A stretch of 32,000 bases of DNA from Candidatus Thalassarchaeaceae archaeon (GCA_045568075.1 JBJLBP010000001.1:780001-812000), one strand, 5' to 3'; shown: positions 1 through 8,306, numbered from the stretch's first letter. Numbers and translations are program-made. Notes: generated from the sequence alone by a model not told the origin.

Positions 1-1
1 C

Positions 2-268
2 TGGGTAGAAGTTTCGGCTGGATTCCGTAACGGCCCGTTGGCACAATGGGATGGGCCGTTACCTGAGTACGCTGCGGACCTCACAGGAGTCACTCGCGGA
101 GACTCTACTTTCGTGGCTTTCACTCTCAAACACAGAGGAGGGACGCTGCATGATCCATTTTCTGAGAAGTTGGTTGAGAAGCAGGCCTTCGCCGAGTTAT
201 TTTCATCCCCTCCGCTGGTCATCGCGGGCGAGGCTTGGCCCGAGAGATTCATCGCTCCAGCCGAGTAG
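2..268 (+). CDS. 3' end of an unidentified protein-coding gene that runs off the left edge (hypothetical, partial)
   Basis: Frame 2 is open from nt 2 (WVEVSAGFRNGPLAQWDG...) to TAG at 266-268. The listed ORF 38..268 is only its Met-initiated tail. Codon usage looks coding, and I recognise no family motif. Confidence 0.4.
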   Translation, partial: WVEVSAGFRNGPLAQWDGPLPEYAADLTGVTRGDSTFVAFTLKHRGGTLHDPFSEKLVEKQAFAELFSSPPLVIAGEAWPERFIAPAE

Positions 269-331
269 TGACTCATTTACGGGAGTCGGGCCATTCGGCA
301 GGCATTTGAACCGACCGTGGCCCGCTGTGGC

Positions 332-805
332 ATGGACATTTGTGTTGTTCTGGGCTCCAAGTCCGACATGCCAATCGCCGAGAAGTGCCGAAGCGTGCTC
401 GACAAGTTCGATGTGAACTACGAGATACGCGTAGCTTCGGCGCACCGCGCGCCTAAGTATCTCGAGGGAATCATCGAGGCGGCTCAGGCTGATGGCTGCC
501 AGGTTTTCATCGGAATGGCTGGTGTGGCAGCCGCCCTACCCGGCGTCATCGCCTCGATGACAACAAAGCCGGTAATCGGCGTTCCAGTCGGTGGCAAAGT
601 TCCTCTAGACTCACTTCTGTCAATAGTTCAGATGCCACCTGGAATGCCGGTCGCCACCGTAGGTGTCGACCGCGGAGATAATGCTGGGGCTCTCGCTGTG
701 CAAATCCTAGCTACTTCCAACGACGCGCTCGCTGCAGCCTACTCGGATTACAGATCAGCGATGACCGCGAAGGTAATCTCAGACGACGAGTCAATCCAAG
801 GGTGA
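332..805 (+). CDS. purE: N5-carboxyaminoimidazole ribonucleotide mutase (PurE, class I-like)
   Basis: [14 protein letters not shown]..., the ASAHRAP motif, [23 protein letters not shown] and [17 protein letters not shown] are textbook PurE motifs. The ORF opens at GTG 317, and ATG 332 ([12 protein letters not shown]) gives the usual N-terminus. Confidence 0.9.
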   Translation: MDICVVLGSKSDMPIAEKCRSVLDKFDVNYEIRVASAHRAPKYLEGIIEAAQADGCQVFIGMAGVAAALPGVIASMTTKPVIGVPVGGKVPLDSLLSIVQMPPGMPVATVGVDRGDNAGALAVQILATSNDALAAAYSDYRSAMTAKVISDDESIQG

Positions 806-810
806 ATTCA

Positions 811-1758
811 ATGATGAACACCCAGATGCTGGTCGACGAGGCCATTGAGGCTCTCGAATCACAAATCAATGATACAGCCATCATTGCTTGTTCAGGAGGG
901 ATCGATAGCTCGGTGGCTGCAGTACTAGCTCACCGTGCTGTCGGAAGTCTGCTTCACTGCGTCTACGTCGATACCGGTTTCATGCGTAAGGGAGAGACTG
1001 AAGAAGTTCGTGAGATGTTCGCGGAGATGGACATTGAGCTCAAGGTTGTGGATGCATCGGAACGGTTTTTTCACCATCTTGAGGGAGTCACCGATCCAGA
1101 GCATAAGCGCAAGGTAATCGGTGAGCAATTCATTCGCGTCTTTGAGGAGGAACAGGCCAACTGCGGTGCTAAATTCCTAGTTCAAGGGACCATAGCGCCC
1201 GACTGGATTGAATCTGGTGGCGGTGAGCGGGATGTCATCAAGAGTCACCACAATGTTGGCGGTCTACCTGAGGATGTCGACTTAATCATCGTCGAACCTC
1301 TCCGCGAATTCTACAAGGACGAGGTTCGCCTAATCGCTCGCGAATTGAAGATTAAATCCAGCGAGCGGCAACCATTCCCAGGACCTGGCCTCGCCGTACG
1401 AGTCCTTGGTGATTTGACTCGTCCGCGCGTCGAGGCTTGCCGCGAAGCCTGTCACATCGTCGAAGTCCGGCTTCGCGAGGCAGCGGCTGAAGGTAAGTGC
1501 GAAATTCCGTGGCAATATTTCGCTGCCTTACTACCTGTGCGTTCCGTAGGGGTGCACGGAGATGCTCGCGTTCATGGCGAGACCATCGTCGTGCGCGCGG
1601 TGACAAGCCTCGATGGTATGTCCGCACGATACTCTGAGATTCCTCATGATGTCCTTGCTGGAATCAGCACCGAAATTACGAACAAGCTCAAGGGGCAAGT
1701 GAATCGAGTCGTTTACGACATCACTCACAAGCCACCAGGAACAATCGAGTGGGAGTGA
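811..1758 (+). CDS. guaA: GMP synthase subunit B (ATP pyrophosphatase subunit, archaeal split type)
   Basis: PP-loop SGGIDSSVAA, KRKVIGEQFIRVFEEE, VQGTIAPDWIES, SHHNVGGLPE, EPLREFYKDEVR, and the C-terminal dimerisation motif YDITHKPPGTIEWE. At about 315 aa it has no glutaminase domain. Either GTG 802 (GTGA overlap with the purE stop) or ATG 811 preceded by GGGTGA could be the start. Confidence 0.9.
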   Translation: MMNTQMLVDEAIEALESQINDTAIIACSGGIDSSVAAVLAHRAVGSLLHCVYVDTGFMRKGETEEVREMFAEMDIELKVVDASERFFHHLEGVTDPEHKRKVIGEQFIRVFEEEQANCGAKFLVQGTIAPDWIESGGGERDVIKSHHNVGGLPEDVDLIIVEPLREFYKDEVRLIARELKIKSSERQPFPGPGLAVRVLGDLTRPRVEACREACHIVEVRLREAAAEGKCEIPWQYFAALLPVRSVGVHGDARVHGETIVVRAVTSLDGMSARYSEIPHDVLAGISTEITNKLKGQVNRVVYDITHKPPGTIEWE

Positions 1759-1783
1759 GCCACGGCTCACTCCTTCAAGCACA

Positions 1784-1815
1784 GATTATTTCTTTTGAAG
1801 TGGCAAAGTTTGCCA
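1784..1815 (+). terminator. Possible guaA 3' end signal: T-rich tract followed by a 15-nt perfect palindrome
   Basis: GATTATTTCTTTTGAAG (T3CT4) lies 26 nt after the guaA stop. TGGCAAAGTTTGCCA (1801-1815) follows and is a perfect inverted repeat, readable as a 6-bp stem with an AGT loop. Archaeal termination normally uses oligo-T. Confidence 0.3.
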
Positions 1816-1886
1816 ACGGTTCAGGACTCCGAAGTGACTACTACTACCCGATTCTTTCATGAAGGGGAGAACCGGCGCAGGGCTGG

Positions 1887-1962
1887 GCCGACATAGCTTA
1901 GTTGGTGGAGCGGTGGACTGTTAATCCACAGGTCGCAGGTTCGAGTCCTGCTGTCGGCGCCA
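1887..1962 (+). tRNA. tRNA-Asn (anticodon GTT), CCA encoded
   Basis: Hand-folded cloverleaf. Acceptor GCCGACA/TGTCGGC. D stem GCTT/GAGC. Anticodon stem GTGGA/TCCAC with loop CTGTTAA. 5-nt variable loop. T stem GCAGG/CCTGC with loop TTCGAGT. Discriminator G, followed by CCA. Confidence 0.92.
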
Positions 1963-1963
1963 C

Positions 1964-4603
1964 TCAATCTCTACGTGCGAGAGCAGCTAGGCTCAGCATA
2001 GAAATCGCTGCTAGGGCGCCAAATCCGGGTAAAATGCCACCATCTGCTTCCTCATTCAGATCACATATACCATCACCATCTGAATCCGCAGGAACACTGT
2101 TTGAGTCGGTTGAAATTGTCAGACATTGAGATTCGGCGTAATCCGACCAGCCATCATTATCGTCATCGAAGTCTGAATTATCGCCTTCGCCGTCTCCGTC
2201 ACTATCTCTATGCTCGAGAGGGTCGAATGGGAAATCATCGAAGACATCGGCGACACCATCGTTATCGTCGTCATCGTCCAATTCGTCACACTGCGAGTCT
2301 CCATCGGCGTTTGTTGGAATTGAATCTAAATCCAATGGATCCGATAAGCAACGCTCTTCGTCACGGTCCTCAAATCCATCACCGTCATCATCACGGTCGG
2401 TATTGTCAGTCTCACCATCACCGTCTGTGTCGATTGGCGCCGAGCCTGCATCGAGAGGGTCGTAGCCGGTAGCGATTTCGTATTCATCGTCCCAACCATC
2501 GCCATCATCGTCTTCATCTGCGCTATTTCCAACGCCATCACCATCGGTATCGTAGACTTCCTCTGCATCGTCCGGGAATGCGTCCTCGTCGTTATCGACA
2601 CCGTCACCGTCGCGATCGCTGTCAGAATTATCACCAATCCCATCTCCATCCATGTCTGCCCATTCTGTGCTATTTAGCGGGAAGATATCAGCAACATCTG
2701 CCACTCCGTCATTATCGTCGTCGGAATCTTGCAAGTTGCAAACCAAATCAGCGTCTGTGTCGAGTGGGACGGACATCAAATCCTTGGAATCTGTTGAGCA
2801 GTTGCCCTCGTCAGAATCGGACCAGCCATCGCCATCATCGTCAGAATCGGAATTATCTCCTACGCCATCAACATCGGTATCCAACCATTCGCTTGCATCC
2901 ATCGGGAATGCATCGTCGAGGTCTGCATAACCATCATCATCATCGTCCGAATCGACGATATCGCAGACCATATCTGAATCGTAATCGGCTGGCACGGACA
3001 TTGCATCACGGGGTTCCGTGCCGCAATTCGCCTCATCTGCATCCGACCATGAATCTCCATCATCATCCAAGTCAGCATTGTCGCCGATGCCGTCGTCATC
3101 CAAATCACCAGTCTCACTAGCATCATTAGGGAATGCGTCATCGACGTCGAGGACGCCATCACCATCATCGTCATCATCGAGAATGCTGCAGATTCTATCT
3201 CCATCGGGGTCATCAGGTATATCCGATTGATTCAGAGGATCCGTCCCACAATCGATTTCATCAACATCGCTCCAGGAATCGTCATCATCGTCGGTGTCTC
3301 CATTATCTCCACGACCGTCTCCATCGGTATCCTTCCATTCGCTTGAATCGAAGGGGAAGTCATCCTCCGTGTCGTTGTAACCGTCATTGTCATCGTCATC
3401 GTCGGTCTCATCGCACACACCATCAGAATCGAAATCGGCCGGTACGCTGCTCGAATCGGTTGTGTTTGAACCACAGATCAACTCTTCTGCATCGGTCCAG
3501 CCATCGTTATCGTCATCCTCATCGACGCCGTCGCAGGTGCCGTCCGAGTCCGTATCGACTGGCATAGAGAATCGATCGGTCGAGTTAGTGCCACAGGCAG
3601 CTTCATCACTATCACTCCAACCATCATCGTCGTCATCCATGTCGAGGAAATTACACATTCCATCGCCATCTGAGTCCGAGGGCGTCGAATCGGAATCAGT
3701 CGAATTCGTGCCGCAAGCCGCCTCTTCTGTATCAGTCCAGCCATCTCCATCATCATCTGAATCTAAAGAATCGCAGGTTCCGTCAGAATCGGTATCCAGC
3801 GGTGTTGATTGGGAATCGGTCGAGTTAGTGCCACAATTCGTTTCATCTCCATCCGACCAACCATCTCCATCATCATCTGTATCGATGGAGTTGCATATTC
3901 CATCTGAGTCAGTATCAGTCGGGATCGAGGAATCATCGTCCGGGTCGGTCCCGCACATCTGCTCCGCAGTATCAGTCCATCCATCACCATCATCATCTGT
4001 ATCGATGAAGTCACAAATGCCGTCTCCGTCCCCATCGCTCGGGATGCTTGAATTGTCATTAGAATCGGTACCACAAGCATCCTCGTCATCATCGTTCCAA
4101 CCATCATTGTCGGAATCGAGTGAAGCCTGAGAGAGGATCCAGGAATCAGTTCCCCAGCCATCTCCATTGGTATTCCCATTCCCATTGACGAAATTCACTG
4201 CTAGGTCGAATGTCACGTTGCCCGAGCCATTAGCCGGAGCTGTCCAATCAACTGTCCATGAGCGCGCATTATCGTTGGAATGAGTCACTTCTCCGCTTGA
4301 GATCTGAGCGTTCGAACCCGGGTTCGAGAAGGAGCCATCATCCGCATCCAGATTGAATCCACCGTTAGAGCCTGAAGGGCCACCGCTACCACCAATAGTC
4401 AGATTGTAGGTGCTATCTGGGGCGTATCCATCGGCTGGCAATCCGCTTAGACTCGGCGTCACCTGATTTGCTCCACCGCCGTGGCAGCTACACCCTGAGG
4501 TCGACGAACCCGTCTTTCCTCCGGACCACCCGAATGCATCCTGCGGTACGGCCAAAACGAGTAGAAGAACGAGTACCATCGATACCTTTCGCTGGGAGGT
4601 CAT
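1964..4603 (-). CDS. Secreted hyper-acidic surface protein: signal peptide, Reeler-like N-domain, about 20 thrombospondin type-3-like Ca-binding repeats, PGF-CTERM anchor
   Basis: N-terminal signal MVLVLLLVLAVPQDAFG. Globular domain carrying GCSCHG...THSN...WTVDWTAP. Iterated DxDxDGxCD / DDDGDGWxD / CGTD units. C-terminal LPGFGALAAISMLSLAALARRD. Confidence 0.85.
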   Translation of the reverse strand: MTSQRKVSMVLVLLLVLAVPQDAFGWSGGKTGSSTSGCSCHGGGANQVTPSLSGLPADGYAPDSTYNLTIGGSGGPSGSNGGFNLDADDGSFSNPGSNAQISSGEVTHSNDNARSWTVDWTAPANGSGNVTFDLAVNFVNGNGNTNGDGWGTDSWILSQASLDSDNDGWNDDDEDACGTDSNDNSSIPSDGDGDGICDFIDTDDDGDGWTDTAEQMCGTDPDDDSSIPTDTDSDGICNSIDTDDDGDGWSDGDETNCGTNSTDSQSTPLDTDSDGTCDSLDSDDDGDGWTDTEEAACGTNSTDSDSTPSDSDGDGMCNFLDMDDDDDGWSDSDEAACGTNSTDRFSMPVDTDSDGTCDGVDEDDDNDGWTDAEELICGSNTTDSSSVPADFDSDGVCDETDDDDDNDGYNDTEDDFPFDSSEWKDTDGDGRGDNGDTDDDDDSWSDVDEIDCGTDPLNQSDIPDDPDGDRICSILDDDDDGDGVLDVDDAFPNDASETGDLDDDGIGDNADLDDDGDSWSDADEANCGTEPRDAMSVPADYDSDMVCDIVDSDDDDDGYADLDDAFPMDASEWLDTDVDGVGDNSDSDDDGDGWSDSDEGNCSTDSKDLMSVPLDTDADLVCNLQDSDDDNDGVADVADIFPLNSTEWADMDGDGIGDNSDSDRDGDGVDNDEDAFPDDAEEVYDTDGDGVGNSADEDDDGDGWDDEYEIATGYDPLDAGSAPIDTDGDGETDNTDRDDDGDGFEDRDEERCLSDPLDLDSIPTNADGDSQCDELDDDDDNDGVADVFDDFPFDPLEHRDSDGDGEGDNSDFDDDNDGWSDYAESQCLTISTDSNSVPADSDGDGICDLNEEADGGILPGFGALAAISMLSLAALARRD
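1967..2029 (-). other. PGF-CTERM archaeosortase (ArtA-type) sorting signal
   Basis: PGF (ccc gga ttt on the minus strand at 2029-2021), then a 15-residue hydrophobic stretch and RRD at the extreme C-terminus. Confidence 0.75.
2039..4108 (-). repeat. Coding tandem-repeat array (TSP type-3-like units of about 37 aa, alternating Cys-pair and FP/EW modules)
   Basis: Plus strand shows NTC trinucleotide periodicity (atc/gtc/gcc/acc), which is antisense of GAT/GAC/GGC/GGT codons. At protein level the unit DxDDDGDGWxDxxExxCGTDxxDxxSxPxDxDxDGxCDxxD repeats throughout. Confidence 0.85.
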
Positions 4604-4635
4604 TGCCTCTCGGCGGCTTCAACCCCTTTTGGCCT

Positions 4636-6897
4636 TCACTCTCGCCTGTGCCGTATCGAAATCGTTGCGCCAAGCATAGCTAGTGCAGCCAGAAGGGCGG
4701 GAAACCCAGGAAGTGAATCATCTTCAGGCTCTTCAGGCTCCTCTGGTTCTCCAGTCTGAACATTGTCGTCGATTGAGTCGCAAATTCCGTCTTCATCGAC
4801 ATCGACAGGCATCGACTGGGCATCCATGGGATCGGTGCCACAGGTATTCTCATCTGAGTCGAGCCATCCGTCTCCATCATCATCCCAGTCGGCATTATCG
4901 CCGACTCCGTCATTGTCGTAATCCCCCCACTCTGTCGCATCGTTAGGGAATGCATCTTGTTCGTCCGCTATACCATCACCATCATCGTCGGGGTCTTGCA
5001 CATCGCACATTCCGTCTCCATCACGGTCACGAGGAACAGAGATGCTGTCCAATGGTTCTGATTCGCATACTTCCTCGATTTGGTCAGGCCAGCCGTCTCC
5101 ATCATCATCGGTGTCGGCATTGTCTCCTTGACCATCACCATCGCTGTCGAGCCATTCCTTCTCGTCGTTCGGGAAGACGTCGTCCTCATCAGAGAATCCA
5201 TCCCCGTCGTCATCGTAATCACTGACATCGCAAATTCCGTCGCCATCGAGGTCGGTGGGAGTCGATTGGTAATCCATGTGGTCGCTACCACAGGTTATCT
5301 CTATCGTGTCATGCCAGCCATCATTATCATCATCGTCATCTTCAACCAATGTTGTTTGACAGTCTTCTTCGATCTTATTCGGCATTCCATCGCCATCTGT
5401 GTCTGTGAATGCACATGGGTCATCTGGGAATGAATCGTCACCGTCGTTGACTCCATCGTTATCTCCGTCGAGGTCGAGATAATCGCATACTCCATCACCA
5501 TCGGAATCCATTGGATAGCTGTCCTCGTCCATCGGGTCAGTAGCGCAATCTAATTCCTCACTATCACTGAATCCATCATTATCATCATCGGTGTCGGCAT
5601 TGTCTCCAATACCGTCACCGTCGCTATCGACACTCTCGGTTCCATCGTTCGGGAATTCATCATCCCCATCGTCGATTCCATCGCCGTCATCGTCCGAGTC
5701 CAAATCGTCGCACAGATCGTCACCGTCGCTATCGACCGGGGTCGAGCCAGCATCGTTTGGGTCTGAGCCACAATCTGCTTCAGTCGTGTCTGAGTATCCA
5801 TCGTTATCGTCATCGGAGTCGGCGTTATCGCCTACTCCGTCACCATCAGCGTCAGCTGATTCACTAGAGTCCAGTGGGAAGGCATCGTCCTCATCGTCTA
5901 CGCCATCGTTATCGTCGTCGGGATCGCTGTCGTTAGGAATCCCATCGCCGTCGAAGTCATCGCCCTCAAGGGCATCACAGATGCCATTTGCGTCGGAGTC
6001 AGCGGGCACGTCGTTGCCGTCCAGCGAGTCGGTCCCGCAATCTGCCTCATCGACGTCGGACCATCCGTCGTTATCGTCGTCAAGATCTTCGGTCAAAGTT
6101 GAGGTACCGGTGAAGACGATATTGTCTAGGTATAGCGCCTCTAACGCACTGTTTGAAGAAAATTCAACTTCCAGTATACCGCTCGCGCCGCCAAGCGCGA
6201 GCGTTGCGGTTGTCCAAGTGTCTAGGTAAGCAGAGAAGTCGGAATCAATATCGTAGCCAGAGGTGTTGATGATGTCTGAAGAGGTTGTCGAAGTAACCCA
6301 ACGGATAATCAGATAATCCACCGGGCTCGAGGTCTCGTATCCTGTGTCCTGTAGGAATAAGTCAAGGCTCAATGAATCAGCAGTCACTTGTTCTAGCGCG
6401 AGCGTAGTTATCCCGTCCACATCGGACATCTGGTAACCTTGATCTCCCTCAGAGAAATTACCAACTGTACCTGTGTAATTGACCGTACCGAAATAATCTC
6501 CATCGGTCAATCCAACTCCTCCATTAGACTCGTAATACAGGGTGAATCCCATCTCATTCCCAGTTGTTTGATTATGCGCGACATGAGGTTCATTGGCATT
6601 ATTCCAAAGGTATCGGTCAGAATTTTCGTCACCAGTATCTGTGTATTTCACACTGTCAACTGTGAATGGGTCTTCGAAGGAGGTGTATGCAACGACCACA
6701 TTTGAGGTGCAGCCGGAGACGACAGAATCGGGCAATCCGTCTCCGTCGGTGTCTGTATCAGCGCAGGCATTGTTCGGAAAATCATCGATTGAATCGTCGA
6801 CACCGTCACCATCGCTATCGTCCGCAAGCACGGTCGGAGAGGTCATGAGAAGGAGGAGGGCGATGAGGAGAGTCAGAGGCTTCGCGGTGCGGGTCAT
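4636..6897 (-). CDS. Secreted hyper-acidic surface protein: signal peptide, jelly-roll/CBM-like N-domain, TSP type-3-like repeats, PGF-CTERM anchor (paralogue of the downstream gene)
   Basis: ATG 6897 gives MTRTAKPLTLLIALLLLMTSPTVLADD, a signal peptide. The ORF extension to 6948 starts at TTG and adds a non-signal leader. The repeats match those of the neighbour. The C-terminus is LPGFPALLAALAMLGATISIRHRRE. Only 32 nt separate it from the next gene. Confidence 0.85.
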   Translation of the reverse strand: MTRTAKPLTLLIALLLLMTSPTVLADDSDGDGVDDSIDDFPNNACADTDTDGDGLPDSVVSGCTSNVVVAYTSFEDPFTVDSVKYTDTGDENSDRYLWNNANEPHVAHNQTTGNEMGFTLYYESNGGVGLTDGDYFGTVNYTGTVGNFSEGDQGYQMSDVDGITTLALEQVTADSLSLDLFLQDTGYETSSPVDYLIIRWVTSTTSSDIINTSGYDIDSDFSAYLDTWTTATLALGGASGILEVEFSSNSALEALYLDNIVFTGTSTLTEDLDDDNDGWSDVDEADCGTDSLDGNDVPADSDANGICDALEGDDFDGDGIPNDSDPDDDNDGVDDEDDAFPLDSSESADADGDGVGDNADSDDDNDGYSDTTEADCGSDPNDAGSTPVDSDGDDLCDDLDSDDDGDGIDDGDDEFPNDGTESVDSDGDGIGDNADTDDDNDGFSDSEELDCATDPMDEDSYPMDSDGDGVCDYLDLDGDNDGVNDGDDSFPDDPCAFTDTDGDGMPNKIEEDCQTTLVEDDDDDNDGWHDTIEITCGSDHMDYQSTPTDLDGDGICDVSDYDDDGDGFSDEDDVFPNDEKEWLDSDGDGQGDNADTDDDGDGWPDQIEEVCESEPLDSISVPRDRDGDGMCDVQDPDDDGDGIADEQDAFPNDATEWGDYDNDGVGDNADWDDDGDGWLDSDENTCGTDPMDAQSMPVDVDEDGICDSIDDNVQTGEPEEPEEPEDDSLPGFPALLAALAMLGATISIRHRRE
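4639..4710 (-). other. PGF-CTERM archaeosortase sorting signal
   Basis: PGF (cct ggg ttt on the minus strand at 4710-4702), then a hydrophobic helix and RHRRE at the C-terminus, preceded by an EPEEPEEPED linker. Confidence 0.75.
4714..6093 (-). repeat. Coding tandem-repeat array (TSP type-3-like, supermodule of about 80 aa)
   Basis: Repeated DAFPxDxxEWxDxDGDGxGDNADxDDDGDGWxDxxExxCGxDPxDxxSxPxDxDGDGxCD. An exact 27-mer occurs at 5101-5127 and again at 5581-5607. Confidence 0.85.
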
Positions 6898-7006
6898 GGT
6901 TTGCCAAGAGCGGAGCGATTGAAATAACTCTCGTAGGCGAGGTTGCAAGAAACACGCGAGGGTGAGTGACCGTCAGACTCTTTGACCGAGAGCGGAAGCA
7001 TGACTC

Positions 7007-8287
7007 ATGGACCCACGGAAACAGGTCGAAGCAGTTCAGGTTGCGAGTGCGGCCTCGGGCAGACATTACCGAGATTCCATACCAATGATTGCAAGCGAAA
7101 ACATCCTTTCTCCGTTAGTTGCCAAAGCCATTCAAGGGGACCTTCACGGTCGATACGCGGAAGGTCTTCCAGGGAAGAGATACTATCAGGGATGTGACGA
7201 TTTTGATACGATTGAAAGTATCGGCATCGAATCGGCCCGACGTGTTTTTGGTTGCCGATTCGCCAACATTCAATCGATTTCAGGAACCGTTTCGAATATG
7301 GGTGCGCTGAAGGCGTTGGCTAAGCCCGGTGATACGATTACAGCAGTTTCTACGGCTGATGGCGGACACATTTCACACCATCCGATGGGTGCTGTTGGGA
7401 TGCGTGGACTCAACCTCGTGACCTATCCTTGGGATGAGGCTCGCATGGAACCGGATGTCGATGCTGCGTGCGCTTTGATTCGTGAGGAGGAGCCCGAGTT
7501 GGCTTTGTTCGGCCAATCCGTTATTCTGTTCCCTATTCCTCTGCAGGAGATGGCCGATGCCGCCCACGAGGTCGGTGCGAAGGTGATGTATGATGGTGCG
7601 CACGTGCTTGGATTAATCGCTGGAGGCCAGTTTCAGGATCCTTTGCAAGAGGGCGCGGATGTAATGACCGGGTCGAGTCACAAAACATTCCCCGGCCCTC
7701 AAGGAGGCTTCGTGCTGAGTGATTCTGAGGACGAAGCCCTTCAGAAGAAATTGAACAATGCCATCTTCCCTGGCGTTTGTTCATCTTACCATCTTCATCA
7801 CGTCGCCGGGAAGGTTGTCGCTCTGGCAGAATTCGAGGCCTTCGGAGCTGACTACGCTCGTGACATCGTTGCCAATGCCAAGGCGCTTGGTGCAGCATTG
7901 GCGGCGGAAGGATTCGATGTACTCGCCGAGGAGCGAGGCTACACATCGAGCCACCAAGTTTTGACTCGGCATGGTGGAGCCGATTCAGGTGCTGGAAAGC
8001 GAGCAGCCCGCACGCTCGAAGATTGTGGAATAATCACCAACATGAACATGCTTCCTGGTGATACCAAGGCAATGTCTGGCCCGAGCGGGCTACGCCTCGG
8101 TACGCCTGAGCTCACGCGTGTTGGAATGGGTATGGACGAGATGCAAGATGTCGCCCGTTTCTTCAGCCGCGCGCTTATCGAAGAAGACGATACTGCTAGC
8201 GTGCGAGCCGACGTGGCTGAGTTCAAATCTCGCTTCCAAACAGTGCATTACGCACTCGAACAAGGTCCTGCTTATCCCGGACTCTAA
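7007..8287 (+). CDS. glyA: Serine hydroxymethyltransferase (archaeal type)
   Basis: IPMIASENILSP, RYAEGLPGKRYYQGC, TGSSHKTFPGPQGG (PLP-lysine motif), LRLGTPELTRVGM. Length is 426 aa. Confidence 0.92.
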   Translation: MDPRKQVEAVQVASAASGRHYRDSIPMIASENILSPLVAKAIQGDLHGRYAEGLPGKRYYQGCDDFDTIESIGIESARRVFGCRFANIQSISGTVSNMGALKALAKPGDTITAVSTADGGHISHHPMGAVGMRGLNLVTYPWDEARMEPDVDAACALIREEEPELALFGQSVILFPIPLQEMADAAHEVGAKVMYDGAHVLGLIAGGQFQDPLQEGADVMTGSSHKTFPGPQGGFVLSDSEDEALQKKLNNAIFPGVCSSYHLHHVAGKVVALAEFEAFGADYARDIVANAKALGAALAAEGFDVLAEERGYTSSHQVLTRHGGADSGAGKRAARTLEDCGIITNMNMLPGDTKAMSGPSGLRLGTPELTRVGMGMDEMQDVARFFSRALIEEDDTASVRADVAEFKSRFQTVHYALEQGPAYPGL

Positions 8288-8306
8288 TCCGGAACAGGAT
8301 TATTGC

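Noticed and set aside
51-445. Overlapping ORFs 51..416 (+) and 203..445 (-) at the left edge
   Set aside because: They cross the boundary between the partial upstream gene and purE in the wrong frames. Both regions are better explained by frame-2 coding (2-268) and by purE.
2101-4130. Many long plus-strand ORFs (123, 180, 144 and 247 aa, among others) encoding His/Arg-rich or Ser/Pro-rich low-complexity peptides
   Set aside because: They are antisense shadows of the Asp/Gly codon array (GAT/GAC/GGT read backwards as ATC/GTC/ACC). They have no signal, motif or start context, while the minus-strand frame encodes a complete, coherent protein.
4480-4500. GCSCH motif as a c-type haem-binding site
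   Set aside because: The motif is CxCH, not CxxCH. The surrounding sequence fits a Reeler-like beta-sandwich rather than a cytochrome.
1964-6100. Regular ~111-bp and ~240-bp periodicity that could be mistaken for a CRISPR array or satellite
   Set aside because: The periodicity is in-frame and coding (TSP type-3-like modules). There are no identical direct repeats separated by unique spacers, and no cas genes.
4683-6922. Plus-strand ORFs (87, 91, 117, 212, 88 and 109 aa) opposite the second TSP3 gene
   Set aside because: These are the same antisense low-complexity artefact, fully nested in a well-supported minus-strand gene.
6898-6948. TTG-initiated 17-codon extension of the second TSP3 gene
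   Set aside because: TTG is a rare start codon and the added peptide (MQPRLRELFQSLRSWQT) sits ahead of a normal signal peptide that begins at ATG 6897.
1887-7006. tRNA-Asn-flanked genomic island or integrated element carrying the TSP3 genes (and likewise tRNA-CAT at 25609 as an integration site)
   Set aside because: No integrase or recombinase gene is present, and I could find no direct repeat of either tRNA 3' end elsewhere in the window. The proximity of tRNAs to these blocks is noted only as context.
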